Source: Podarcis liolepis (taxonomy: Eukaryota). Taken from it: DNA of 64,000 bases. Of this stretch, positions 35,850 to 48,823 are shown one piece after another. Positions within the stretch are counted from its first letter, which is position 1, and each line of letters begins with the position of its first letter. The notes below the pieces were generated by a model. The model searched no databases and was not told where the DNA came from. It saw only the letters and a program-made list of their open reading frames with translations. The position numbers and the translations under genes were made by a program. The stretch lies in assembly GCA_965112155.1 (NCBI GenBank), contig OZ218099.1; one strand, 5' to 3'.

Positions 35850-36006
35850 NNNNNNNNNNNNNNNNNNNNNNNNNNNNNNNNNNNNNNNNNNNNNNNNNNN
35901 NNNNNNNNNNNNNNNNNNNNNNNNNNNNNNNNNNNNNNNNNNNNNNNNNNNNNNNNNNNNNNNNNNNNNNNNNNNNNNNNNNNNNNNNNNNNNNNNNNNN
36001 NNNNNN
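35850..36006. other. Assembly gap (157 N), next to an L2 3' fragment (36007-36130)
   Basis: Run of N; the right flank TGCCCCAGCCACTCTGGGCAGCTTCC matches the L2 tail at 53850-53880. Confidence 0.97.
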
Positions 36007-37022
36007 TGCCCCAGCCACTCTGGGCAGCTTCCAACAAATTAAAACATTAGACACAGTAAAACATCAGACATTGAAAGCTTCCCTATACAGGGCTGCCTTC
36101 ATATGCCTTCTAAAAGTCAGATAGTTTATGTCCTATAGAATTGGCCTGAGACCACTCACTTACAGAAGTGCAATATGGTCTACCTTCTGCTGGAATTTCT
36201 TTTGAGAGATACATTTGTAAAGCACTGAGGCATGACTTTAAATTATTCTGCTGTTTAAGCATTCAGGGCTGACACTTACTTCAGCAGTCCTTGCAGTGCT
36301 AAGCTTAGTAATGGTTTGTTAATGAGTCAGGGAAAAAGGAGATGTGGCAAGGAAGCAGGGATGCAACAAGAGGGAGATTGAGAGATGGTAGACTGCAAAT
36401 GTTGTGGAGCAAGGAGCTAATTTTAGAAAGGCTTACCATTCTTATTTGTCTATTCCCTCAGGTTTAGCGGGTAAAGTTAGAGAACTCGAGGTGGGGCATG
36501 AGTTTTCTTTTTTTATACTTTGTTTTGATTATGTTGCCCTGCCAATTTACTGTGATAAACCTTGAATACTGAATAGCAGAGCCAAGTTGCTTATGTAAAA
36601 GTAGGCATGATTATAAAATGTAGGTGCACATTTTCATATTTGCCACTGGGATGTTAGAAGATGAGAAAACTAAATCAGTCAGTCATCCCAACCTTATTTT
36701 TCCCAAATAGAGGTTTGTAAACATGGGGTGCTTTTGTTAAGGCTGCAGTCTTATGAAGTAAGCCCAGTTGAATTTCCATTGTAAGACTTTGCTTACATCC
36801 ATGCTGCATCATTTCCCCATTATCTTTTGAAATCTGACCTACCCACTTTCCTATTCCTGTGCATACCTGGGGGTCTTTTTGCACACAGATAGCACACAAC
36901 TTTACTTGTAAGCCAGTTCACAGCCTATGCTGAGGGGCAGGTTCAAGCACTTAGTCTGTCATCATGATGAGCAGCAGTGTGACATACTTATTTAATTGGA
37001 GATGGTTAAGTACAGTGGAATA

Positions 37023-37385
37023 GGGGATGTGGGTGGCACTGTGGTCTAAACCACAGAGCCCAGGGCTTGCCGATCAGAAGGTCAGCAGTTCGAATCCCCG
37101 CAACCGAGTGAGCTCCCGTTGTTCGGTCCCAGCTCCTGCCCACCTAGCAGTTCAAAAGCACATCAAAGTGCAAGTAGATAAATAGGTACCACTCCGGCAG
37201 GAAGGTAAACAGCGTTTCCATGTGCTGCTCTGGTTCTCCAGAAGCAGCTTAGTCATGCTGGCCACATGACCCGGAAGCTGTCTGCAGACAAACGCTGGAT
37301 CCCTCAGCCTGTAAAGTGAGATCAACGCCGCAAACCCAGAGTCGTTTGCGACTGGACCTAACGGTCAGGGGTACCTTTACCTTTA
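37023..37385 (+). mobile_element. Sauria SINE with a degenerate 17-bp TSD
   Basis: Head, body and tail as at 12641; TTAAGTACAGTGGAATA (37006-37022) versus TTAAGCACAGTAGAATA (37383-37399). Confidence 0.9.
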
Positions 37386-37920
37386 AGCACAGTAGAATAC
37401 AGAATGGAATCTTTTCACCAGTAAAACATCCCTGCCCCTCATTTCAGGTGGCATGGACAGTGTATCTTGTAGTAGTCATCCAAACATCATGAGGAAAATT
37501 GCAATCAAGTTTGATTTGTACCTCATTACTAAGGTACTAAACATGACACAAAATTTTGAAGTAAAATCCTCATCAAGGGCCAGCAATTGATGTGATCCCC
37601 TTGGACAAACGGAGAAAAAAATAGTGGGTGTAGTCATCATATTAATATTGGAACTTTGGAAGGAGTTGTAAAATTAATAAAAACTACTATTAGCCACTAT
37701 CTTGCAAGGTTGGTGAGTTGTCTTCTATTATGAATGTACTAATTTTTCTTATTCACTGCACCTTGCAAATATTGTTGACTCTAATCGCTGCTCTGTTGTA
37801 TTGACTAATCTGGCATCATTGCTTTTGACTGTAATGGATCCGATTAAATAACCATTGAGACCCCTTCCTGTAAGTTCAGCCTCTGATTTTGTGACTCAAA
37901 ATTCTTTCTCTTTTGCACAG

Positions 37921-38022
37921 AACATGTTCTTGGCAATCATTAATGACACATACTCTGAAGTGAAAGCTGATTTTTCAGTCATCCCAAGCAGAGAATTTGA
38001 GATCAGTGATCTTATTAGACAG
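37921..38022 (+). CDS. PKD2L2: PKD2L2 exon 10 (NMFLAIINDTYSEVKADFSVIPSREFEISDLIRQ)
   Basis: GCACAG acceptor, CAG|GTAAGC donor; NMFLAIINDTYSEVK motif. Confidence 0.95.
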
Positions 38023-40730
38023 GTAAGCACCTATAGGTGTTTGTTCATATTACCATTGTCAGCAACAAAATAATGGCTGCTTGTTAATCATATATTGGCT
38101 TAATAGAATGAGATGTGAAGAAGTTTCATTTTGTACCTGCAGCCACTTTGCTGCTCCTTTTGTTAGAGCAAGTAAACAAGACAGGAAATCTTTCCATCTC
38201 ATCCTGACTGGGAAATTAATGGTTAATGGTTTCAGGACGAACAAGTATATTAATACTCATATAATGGTTTGGAGTGGTTTAATATCCTGGCTTGTTCCAA
38301 AGCTATCATGAGGACAAAATGGGAAATTATAGTTAATGGAAAATTTCCTGGCTTATTTTCTGTTCACACAAAGGGAAGAGCTAAGTGGTTGTGTGTGTGA
38401 TCAAAAGCTTGTTCATATGTCAGCTTAATCATGTGACTATATTAATCATAGATAATAGAATCTATAATGAGTAGTTACTGACTACTTGCTTTATTCATAA
38501 AAACCTTTAAGGATCAACCCGGTACTACTTCCTATAGTTCCAATTAACTGAGATGCAATTCACTTGGCTTCAATGGGTCTGTGGTTCCATAGACAATGAA
38601 TGGGGTTTTGTCACCTCATTGTTTGGGTTGCATCTCCTAATCAAGGAGTCATTTCTGGTTGGCTGCATTTGTGAGGCTGGGAAAAATAAGAAAGTCACCA
38701 CATGATTCCAACCTGATCTTCGTATTTAGGGGCTCAACCATCCCTTGGGGTTGGTTGATAATCCCATCCATTGGGATTATGTGGTACACCTTTTGTGACT
38801 TGTGAAAACTCCTTGCATCACTTTATATTACCCATGTCTTCTTTTTGAGCATATGATATTTTTAAGCAGGTTACTAGCAGTGCCCCATTTGGTTGTGCAG
38901 AGTCTGGTGATAGGGAGAAACATGTGTTTGGTGTGGCTGATGAATATGTAAATCTAGTTTAATTGAGAATCTCATGTGAGATTGGCTTATTTAATAGCAG
39001 GGGTTTTTATCATCCCCCCAAGTCGCTGTTATTTATTATTCATTTGCCAGGTGTATATTTGCAGTCACTGCATATTCAGAAACTACAAACACTTTCTGCC
39101 TCATGCTTGTGTAGACACCTTGTTCAAGGCCTGATTAATCCCAAATTCACCACTGTAACATACTACCTAATTTAGCTTCCATTGACTTTTTTTCTTATCC
39201 TTATTCTTGGGATTTTGAAGAAAGGCTGCTTTATTTTAAGCAACCGAGCATCTAGAGGATGAAAACAGAGTGCAGAAATACACATCCTGTGATAGGATGT
39301 TCAAGTGACAGGTGTCATAATTTCTAACATCTTGAAATAAAAGCATTCCCTCATTTTTAAAAGCCAAGGATTGCTTATTGCTCAGATATGATCATGGGGA
39401 AAATATTAAGGAGGCTCATTTATAAAAGATACCATGGATATTTCCAGTACATAGAACTCCCACCCAAGTTTATTAAAGCTGTTTTTCACAGCCCAGCCTC
39501 TATTTAGCACTGAATGTATTGAGACAATGGTTTTTAATAAATACATACAACAACTAAAATCTGTGAGGACAGTTACAAGAATGGTTGCCAAGTTTTTATT
39601 CCACCCCCCATACAATTTTATTAAAGTTTTTCCATAATACAATAAAAGAAAAGAAACTAATTAAATAAAAACAATAATAAAAGGAAGATAAAGAAAATGC
39701 AGAGTCCTCTCTCAAAGGTAGCTCTTAACCCTCACATAGAAAGAGGTAGACTTTCCCAGCTCTCACCAGGGAGCTTTCGTTTTTTCTCCTATTTTCTCAC
39801 CCTGGCAGATCTTCCCTTCCCTGCCTCTCATTCAGGGTCCTTCACAGCACTATCCATCACCAAGAATGGTTTCCAAGGTTTTTCCTCTGATGTTTCAGTT
39901 GTGTGTGTTTTTACCCAGTATGCCGCTTAAAATTAATCTCCGGAATCACTTATAAGGAGTACCACTTTTTTCGCTTCTGTTTATGATTCTATGATTCTTC
40001 CTCACAAGAAATTTGTGTGTTCTAAGTTGTGCTGGAGACAGATCTGAGTAAGTGTTACCTTTCATAGTTTAAAAATAGACGAGAAGAGGCAGCTTGCTTG
40101 TTTGGCACAGTAGCCAAAGATGGTGCATACTGAAATTGTTTTGCATTCACCAGAGCTGCATCCAATTTAAGGGTACAATTCTCTGTCCCTGGAATGGCAT
40201 CCCAGTGACTATAGAATTTTATAGCTTTGACTGTATCTGGGCAGAGCAGGACTTCAACTATTCCTCCTCCAACAGTAGGAAGGTATATATCTGTGGATCC
40301 AGGAAATCTTTGCATCCTCTGAACCCAAATCCTTTCTGTTCCCCTATGTGCCCAGGATGGGTTTGGGGAAATATGTCAGCCCTCCAACCAGTCCCATCGT
40401 TTCTACCCTCACCAGCACAAAACGGTTGTTACTCAGGATTTGGTGGGTCTATGTTGCCCCTTCTCATTGGTTTCCTCTGCCCATCTGCCTAATACATCAG
40501 CATTCCCTCTTAAGACGCATACATACTGCAAACTTTGCGGCTCCAACATCATTTTCAGCTTTTACTCTTTCCCCACCCTGTTTTGCTTAACATCCGTTTG
40601 AAAAAGTTTCTGACAACTCAGAAGCTTATTCACTATTTTGTGACATTTCAGTGAGATATAATGAATATATTGCCAAGCTGTGATTTTGGGAGATATCCAC
40701 CTAACAGTGCTGTCTTTATATTATACTTAG

Positions 40731-40807
40731 AGTTACAATAAAGCTCTAGTCAAACTCAAACTGAAGAGGCAGACATCACAGACAGAAGACTTGTATGGAG
40801 TAAGCAG
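40731..40807 (+). CDS. PKD2L2: PKD2L2 exon 11 (SYNKALVKLKLKRQTSQTEDLYG[VS]); alternative donor after 40799
   Basis: CTTAG acceptor; SYxKALVKLKLK resembles the TRPP post-S6 helix; two candidate donors, GTAAGC (40800) and GTAGAA (40808). Confidence 0.8.
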
Positions 40808-41932
40808 GTAGAAATCACATGCGCACCTCAGTTGTCAAAACCTTGAAACCAAAAAAGTATTTGCTATGTTAGCTGTGTTTTTCAAGCTTGCAATCAAATC
40901 TAATGTGCACCCTAATTTTCATGACGTAATTAGGCCAAAAAAGGTGTGTATTACATTCGAGTAAATACAGTATATATCCCATATACTATTTCGATAGAAA
41001 GAAGGCTCACAAGAGAATTCCGTTGCTATTGCAGCATATGGTAGAATCCATGTTCTGTTGCAGTCAAATGGCAAAACTGATTACAGTGCTGCTAGACTGC
41101 ATGTTAAAGTTTTGAAATAAGGGGGTGGGGAATCTACTCCTGGTCCTGTCACATGTAAATTTAATGTCAATCTAGATGTTTCCTGAAATGTATAGCCATT
41201 GCCATCCTATGTCTGTTCTTATCTCTTGGTTGAATATGTGTTATTGAAAGTAGTGTTTTCTTTCTACCACATCTTACCACTTCCTTGGCTGCTGTATGCG
41301 AGGGGCAGGGAAATGCTGAACGGCAATAATAATCATGTCATGCATCTTCTTTAACTAGATATAATTGTGATGTGGGAGATGTGGGTGAGCAGTGGGGTAA
41401 CTTTTTAGCATTAATTGACTGATTAACTGCATTCAGGCTTTTTGGGAAGAAGTGGGGACTTAATTCTTTTCACACAAAATAAGATCTACATTTTACACCA
41501 GGTTCCATTTTGTAGTTTGCTGACATCAGTTTCACTCAAAGCTGTTTCACAGCAGCGAGGAACCTCTGGCCCACAAAGGCTGTTTTGAGCTGGTGTTGCC
41601 CACCTCTTACTCCCCTGAAGTCATATGATGTGAGGTGTGGGACTGATAAAGCCATGAATGCCAAGGGACTGTCGGGAGAGCACACTAGGGTGTGTGTTCC
41701 TAATTGCTCCTTTCCTGTGGGACTTGCATGTAATGCTGTATGCGAGCACTGCTGCCTTTTACAGGGATCCGATCACCCAACATCATAAGATATTGGATGA
41801 TTGGCCTATAGTGTGTTGGCCACTGCTTGATCCAGCCTACTGGACCAAAGTGGTTCCCCACCCTTGCTGTATCAGGAAGTGGCCATAATATGGACTGTAA
41901 TTGTGTACTGTGTTTTATTGCATGACAATTAG

Positions 41933-41987
41933 AAGCTCCAGGACAGATATGAATAAGAGCCTCTCCAGAGTTGGAAGTTTGGACAAG
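41933..41987 (+). CDS. PKD2L2: Candidate PKD2L2 exon 12 (SSRTDMNKSLSRVGSLDK)
   Basis: TTAG acceptor, strong AAG|GTAAGA donor; open only with phase-2 entry and exits in phase 0, fitting both neighbours; low sequence conservation. Confidence 0.55.
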
Positions 41988-42311
41988 GTAAGATTCTTCT
42001 GCTCTAAAAACTTGATGCTGAATTCTGCACACAAGACTACAGACACGTTCCCTCTCTTTTTGGCTGTTCTCTGGTAGAATCTAGCATTCATCTGACCCTG
42101 CACACATTCTTTTCTTCAGGTATTGTGTGTTTGTATGGATCAGTAATAGGAATGTGTTTTAAGGACAGAAAATGCCTAGTCCTTTCTTCTTTTATACTTC
42201 TGCACTTTGTATAATGCGACTTGAGCATGTGAGCAATGCAACACGTGAACATGGGAAAGTGACTTAATGATGGCTGTTTTTCTTTGTGTAAACAATATTG
42301 TGTCTCTACAG

Positions 42312-42391
42312 GATGTTTCCAGGAAACGGAAATCTTATGGTAGCTCATCCGCAGGACTTCAGAATGCCGTTTCTTACACTGAATTTCAAAG
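42312..42391 (+). CDS. PKD2L2: PKD2L2 exon 13 (DVSRKRKSYGSSSAGLQNAVSYTEFQ)
   Basis: CTACAG acceptor, AG|GTATGC donor; VSYxEFQ resembles the motif before the TRPP coiled coil. Confidence 0.8.
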
Positions 42392-42479
42392 GTATGCTGC
42401 TTAGTGTCATAGTCACTGTTGTCTTCAACCCTTTCAGGCTGGGATTCATGTTCAGGCCAAATGTATTGGAGACCCACTT

Positions 42480-42662
42480 GTTAAGCCCCCCCCCCAGGAA
42501 ATGCTGCTCTTGTGACCCAGCTGAGCTCAGGAGGGGAGAGTGCTCTTGTGCTCGAATCCTGCTTGTGGGTTTCCCACAGGCAATTGCTTGGCCACTGTGA
42601 GAACAGGATGCTGAGCTGGATAGGCCATTGGCCTTAGCCAGCAGAATCTTCTGATGTTCCTA
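42480..42662 (+). mobile_element. CR1 LINE 3' end fragment
   Basis: GGAGAGTGCTCTTGTGCTC..TCCTGCTTGTGGG..TGGCCACTGTGAGAACAGGATGCT motif. Confidence 0.65.
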
Positions 42663-43481
42663 CATCAGATAGTAATCCAGTAATGGGGTCATGATACACC
42701 AGTTGAAAACTAATGTAAGAAGAGACAGTGTGATCCTCATTTGGACAGTTTTCCACCCCAAACAACTTATTTATTCATTTTAAAAAGCATGCTCCTGATG
42801 GGATCATCTGAACTACCCAGTTGGAACTCCATAATGCAGCTGATCCCTGCCCAAGCAGGGCTGCCTCAACGCTTCTCAAAAGCATTGTTTCACATAGCCA
42901 CCACCACCCCATTTAAAAGAGAAGGGGGGCAGCTGCTTCAAACAGTGCTTCTCCTTTCAGAGGTCCATGGGAAGTTGATCTTTCCCAAAGTACTACTTCC
43001 AAAAGTAGCTGCTTTCTTTAGCTGCACATACTTTGTTCCCAGGAAGGAACAAGTGCACCCAAACAGCCCTTTTTCAGGCCATCCCATGTTACTCCTTTCA
43101 ACTTCTGATTTGGGAAGTGGAAATGGGCTGCAGGGACGGTGTCAAAGAGTAGCACTGGGAAGGAGAAGTGGCTTCCATTGGACAGAAACCTATTCCCCCG
43201 CAAGGCACACTCCTACTGCCCATCAGCTCATGGGTGGATTGGAGAGCACCTTGCTCCAGCAAAGGAACCACCAAGAGCCTACATTAAGCTCCCAATTGTT
43301 ATTTTGAAGCCCCACCCTCCACCTAACATCATGTAGGTATAGAGCAGGTGGGTGTGGCTTCCCAAAAATGGCTAGTTGAGCCAAATGAGGAGGCGTGGCA
43401 GGCTAAAAATGATTCTAAAGCCCCGCAGATGAGTTTTCTATTTGTACGTTTTGTTGAATTTTGATTTTTTCCTTGTTCTAG

Positions 43482-43584
43482 ACTTTCCAGATATACAGCA
43501 GAAATGGAGAAACAACTGAAAGAAGTGACCTATAAGCTTGACATGCTTATGAACGCTGCTCCTAAAACCACAGTCTCACCATGA
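43482..43584 (+). CDS. PKD2L2: PKD2L2 last coding exon, coiled coil (LSRYTAEMEKQLKEVTYKLDMLMNAAPKTTVSP*)
   Basis: Long pyrimidine tract plus CTAG acceptor, phase-2 entry, heptad pattern, TGA at 43582-43584. Confidence 0.82.
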
Positions 43585-46397
43585 AAGCTACAGTAGGGAA
43601 AGGTAAGAGAGCAGATTTTACAATTGGGACCCAGTCTGACTGAAACCTTAGATGCAACTTCTTATGCCTTTCAGAAACAAGGTTGCCCAACTTGCCTCAG
43701 TATTTGTATAGCTGCAGCACTGGGAAAACGTTCTAGACTCTAGAATGTAGATGTTGAAAGGAATCCTTCCCCAGCTTATGCATTACCCCCTCCATTCAAG
43801 TGGCGTGCCAGTTGCCTGGCTGAACACCACATAGATTCTGAGAAAAAGTTACTTCATAAAGTTTAAAAAAAGGAAAGTTCCAACCAACCAACCAAAGTCT
43901 AAAGATGGGGTTGCCCAGGAGCTCTGATTGCTTGCCTCCTACTACTAAATGTAAGGCAGAAGAGCTGCTTTTGGCATATCTTCTTTTGTCAACAGTAGCT
44001 TAACAGGAAGTGAGAACTGTAGGCATGTTACATAGCCATGAACATGCACTGAACACCTCCACCTACTGTTTTATTATGTGGCTGTTTTGGGGGCACTGTA
44101 CTTAAACCCAGGCAATCAGGTTGCAGCTGTGGGAAAACACATAAGAATAGAAATGTTTTAAAAGATAAGGCAAAAGTGTTTTCCTTCATTCTTTAGAGCA
44201 GCATTAGAGGGGCAAAGAATAAATCTCAATTTGGAACTGCTGGGAGCAGGCTGTCAAATGTTATAGGATACTAAATAAAGTTGTTTAGTTTTGTATCGTA
44301 TTCTATATTCCGAAGCCAGTTTGAAAAAAATGATATATATCCCAATCCAGAAAAGGCAATTGCCACATACTTATCAGAAACCATGGACATACCTTAGAAT
44401 CCCCAAGATCCCACTCCCCAAATTCATCCTTTAATTGATTTTATTTCTCGATGTAAGAATTAAACAATTTTTAAAAGTGTAGAATTGCTAATGGGAAAGT
44501 CTTTTGGAAGGCAGTATTTAGAATTGCTGTTTTCACCACACCCATGTTTATTATATGTTGCCCCCCTGAGGGTTGACCATGGTGGCTGGCCTTCAGCACA
44601 AAAAAAGAGTTAAGCCTGCCATAGATACACATCTGAATGTACCTTCAAATAAAAATGTTACTTTCAACAGGACACGTTCATCACCCCCATGTCAGTGCAG
44701 CTCCAGGTTTGTGTCTGCTTCCCACTGAAAGTAACTGAGTACTGTGTGTGTGTGTGTCCCCAATGGTGAAGTGATCTGATTTACACTCCCATCTAGTGTT
44801 TTGTGGACCAGGGTAAGACTGGAGAAGTCAGCTTCTAAAGATAATGGTGATATTTATTTTGTTTTGCATTTGCTACATTGTTCTGAAAGCTCAATTAATT
44901 TAAAAGTGGATAAATAATGTAAGACAATTTTCATCATTTAGAATATCCTATTTACCTCAGTAACCAAATGTCACCTGAAAAATAATGCCTCTGGATATCA
45001 TTCAAGCTTGAAATTTTATCCCCAGGGAAAGAAGGCACACGGCCGTAATACAGTCACTGAGAATACCCTTCTCTGTGCCCTTGGCTGGTAGTGCAAAGAG
45101 GATGCTCTCAGGTACTTGTAACGGTAGCAGGGAGGTGTTAAGTATGAAACAGTGCACTTTGCACTAAAAAAAACTGTGTCAATACCACTTATTTCCTGTG
45201 ACTTATATGAATTAAGGAAATTTACAAACATTTACTCCTTGCAATCAATTCTGCTCCTATAGATGAGGATGCTCAGAGCTATGGAGGGGAAAAGTAGAGG
45301 TTTTTTTTAGTGCATTAGCATCAAGGCCATATTGCATCAAAAACTTACTTCCAGCAACCATCTCCCAAGCTTACATTTGCTCATGGAAAAGGACTTTCTT
45401 CTGGCAACAGCCAGGTCCCATTTTTAAAAGTGTGAGCAGCTGAAAACCATGGTTAACAATAAAGGAACCCTGGAAGGCTAGTATACATACATGGCTGAGA
45501 CCCTCCCTTTAACAGGTACTGCTAAATTCTACACCCAATCAGCATCTTGTTTTTAGTTCTTGAGGGATTTTTTTTTTAATCCTATGTTTCCCAAAGCTCT
45601 TACAACTGCACCATCATTTTAGATGGATCAGTTGTTTTTACTGCAAGCGATATTTCTTTGTGGATCAACAGAGGGCTCCAAGAAGGATGTGTTGCCTGCC
45701 TTGCAGCTCAGAAACACAAAACTGCACTTCAATGCTGTTTTCTTGAACAGAAGAGAATGGATCTCTGTCAAGTATTAGAACATGATTAGGTGCATGATAG
45801 TAATAACAAGAACTTGTTAAGCAACAGTCTAATAAGGAGGTTAATGGGAAAAACCAGACCAAAAAATCAGGTGGGAAGGAATGACTTGCTGGCAGGAGTA
45901 CCCCCAGATACTGCCCCATACCCTTGAGACAGAGAAGAAAAACTGCACAACTCGCCAAAACAGGGTGGACCTTGGAACGCCCTATACATCCACAAAGAAA
46001 TTAGGTTAACAAATTCAGATGTGGAAAAAATCAGGTCTGTAGAACACAAGAATAACCTTGCTGAACGTTCTAGAAGTATAATATAATAAACTGCTTCCAG
46101 TCGGCAGCACTGTAAAAATTAGAAGAGTGTGCACAATGAATATATTTATTTATTTATGGGTCACCTTTCAACCTGAAGGCCTTTAAAGCAGCTTACAATG
46201 TAACAAGATAAAAAACACAAGTACATGCTTGTTTCTGGTGAAACTGCAACTACCACCAGTTCTGAGACTCTAAGCCAGGACTACATGTTAAAGCCAAACA
46301 GTAGAATTATAGGCAACAGCACACAGGATTAAAACAAACAATTGTTAAAACCTTGTTTAAACGCCCTAGAGTCAATTAGGAGAAACAACACATGTTC

Positions 46398-46435
46398 CAC
46401 ACACACACACACACATACACACACCACAAACACAC
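46398..46435. repeat. Imperfect (CA)n microsatellite
   Basis: Directly visible. Confidence 0.85.
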
Positions 46436-46461
46436 AATGGAGTATGACAATAAAAGATCCT

Positions 46462-46467
46462 TTTATT
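46462..46467 (-). terminator. Probable FAM13B polyadenylation signal (AATAAA on the minus strand)
   Basis: TTTATT on +; on the minus strand it is followed by a GU-rich (TG)n tract (46398-46435), about 2.2 kb after the FAM13B stop. Confidence 0.6.
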
Positions 46468-48679
46468 ATAAAAATCTATACAATGAAATACCAGACATAG
46501 CAATCATTTATATCTGGTTTATTTATATATATATTTATATATCTATGCAGGTTTTGGTGTCCTCGGGTGTATATATCTATATATCCACATATAGTTTTTA
46601 CTTATACCAAAGTAAAACTATGTTATATCACAAAATGCCTAACACTACCATTTATTGCTCAATAAGATGGCACAACACACACTCTTAGCATAACTGATGC
46701 CATGCTAGCTACGATACTGAACAAACAGCCAAACACTGCATAACACACAAAAGCAGCTGTTAATTCTGAAGTGGAACCAGTCTGATCACTCACTTTATAA
46801 AAATATTGGAATCATATAGATTTAAGCATTATAAAGGAGGAATATATTATTTAAAACATTTAAATAGTGCATATTGACATTTTGCATGTGGTATATAAAA
46901 CATTCATGTACAACACTGTACAGTACACATAAGTTTCAATGTTTGGGTGCACCTGTGTCTGCAGATTGATAGAAAACAAAGTGAAGTGTACATTGCACAA
47001 TGGAGCTGAATAAAAGCCACAGATGATCTCCAGATTAATTTCCAAACTTGTAATTCACTACTAAAAAAACCCTTCTAGTTGTATAAAAAGGCAAAGCATT
47101 TGAATATAATCTCATTTCAGTGCTCTTGGGTTCCAAAATTACATGCCTATAATCACAGTAAAAAGAGAGACATAGCAAACAGGCAAGTATGGAGTATTGA
47201 AAATCTACTTTCTATCTATTCCATGTTAACACACTGACCTGATGAATTACATGCTAGCCACTTATTTCACAGACATTCATTTTTTGGTCTTTCAAAAAGC
47301 AATGAGAATCAATATCTGTGTTGACATTAGCTGTTCATAACACATGCAGCAAATAGGCACATACAAAAACATGGCCACAGTACAAAAGATATCAAAAATG
47401 TGCCAATTTCAACATTTAGGGCTCAGTCCAGTTGTGCCACAGATGCAGCACCCACATGCAAAGAAATCCCATGACACTGCCCTGTTCCTCCCCATTCAGT
47501 GTGCACACACTGGCACTCAATTCATCAAACCATTTTTAAGGGCCTGAGGTACAGTGTCTGCACACATGCCATAAAGACAGGTGGTAAAACGGAGTCTCTG
47601 ACCTTTGATAATCTCTCTATGTGCAGACTGTATGTCCACAGTAGGCTTGGATAGAGCCTTTCAGACTGCAGATTTAAGTGGGGCGGGGAAGGGATTGAGA
47701 AGAACCATTAAAGGCTACTGTCATCTATACTAGACAAAATAAACATCACAAAAATGTTTCAATTCTGAAGCTTCATCATGCAATAACCATATGATATCTG
47801 CTTATTGCCACAAACAAATCACTTTTCCTTCCATTTTTACAACAGTGACATAGCAGAGAGGCTTTTCTCAAACTGTGTGTCTACCTTGAATCCATCACAC
47901 TAATGATTTTATTTTAGCCCTTGGTAAGATATGCTTATTTCAGATACAACAGAGCTGAGCACAGACACTCTCCCATACAAAGGTAAGATGCAATATCCAT
48001 TTGAGATCACACACTAAATCACCATCAGCTGATAAATTAACAGTAATGCAAGTCTTGTAGGCAATATGTGATATAAATGTTCAGGTTTTTCCAAGTTTTA
48101 AAAATACAACAAGCAAGGTCACTTTCTGGTTTGTCCATTGTAATCTGAAACTGAAGACCAAGGAGCTTTAAGTTGCAAATATCTACAGACCATAAACCAT
48201 TCTATCGTATGAAAAATGTCATTTGAAATCAAACAGAGTTATTCCGCAGCGGTCCTCTGAAAGGCATTTCAGTTCAGTTTGGTGTTGAAAAACACAGTTG
48301 TGTTCTTAAATTTGCTGCCATTGTTCCCCAGCATAAAAAGGCAACAGAGGGAGTTCAGTACAACACTAACAAATGCAGATGAAACGAAGTTAGAAGGTCC
48401 AGAGTTTCTGAATGGTTCTAGTTCTACAGTCTTTTGGGGGGAAGATGCATTTTTAATTAAAAGAAACAAGGAAAATGTTTTCTAAAGTTGGACAGAGCAG
48501 TCTTACTTTTTAAAAGTTTTTTGTTAGCTTTCTAGATAGGACCTACTTGCCTTTCAAATGTGGCACCATAAAATGTACAAAAACTGCATTCTTTCAACAG
48601 CGCAAGACAAAAGTGAACACCTAACAGTACTATGGACATCATAAGAAAACAACCTTTCACTATTATGAAGAAACTTAAT

Positions 48680-48823
<144 letters not shown>

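Noticed and set aside
35667-36124. ORFs spanning the N run
   Set aside because: Artefacts of the assembly gap.
39520-40590. Compositionally distinct stretch with minus-strand ORF 40055-40315, possibly an old L1/Tx1 remnant (similar doubt for 5480-6130)
   Set aside because: No diagnostic endonuclease, RT or zinc-knuckle motif recognisable by eye.
42741-43307. 188-aa ORF, the longest in the track
   Set aside because: Intronic, non-ATG start, no recognisable domain and no splice signals that fit the PKD2L2 frame; probably chance.
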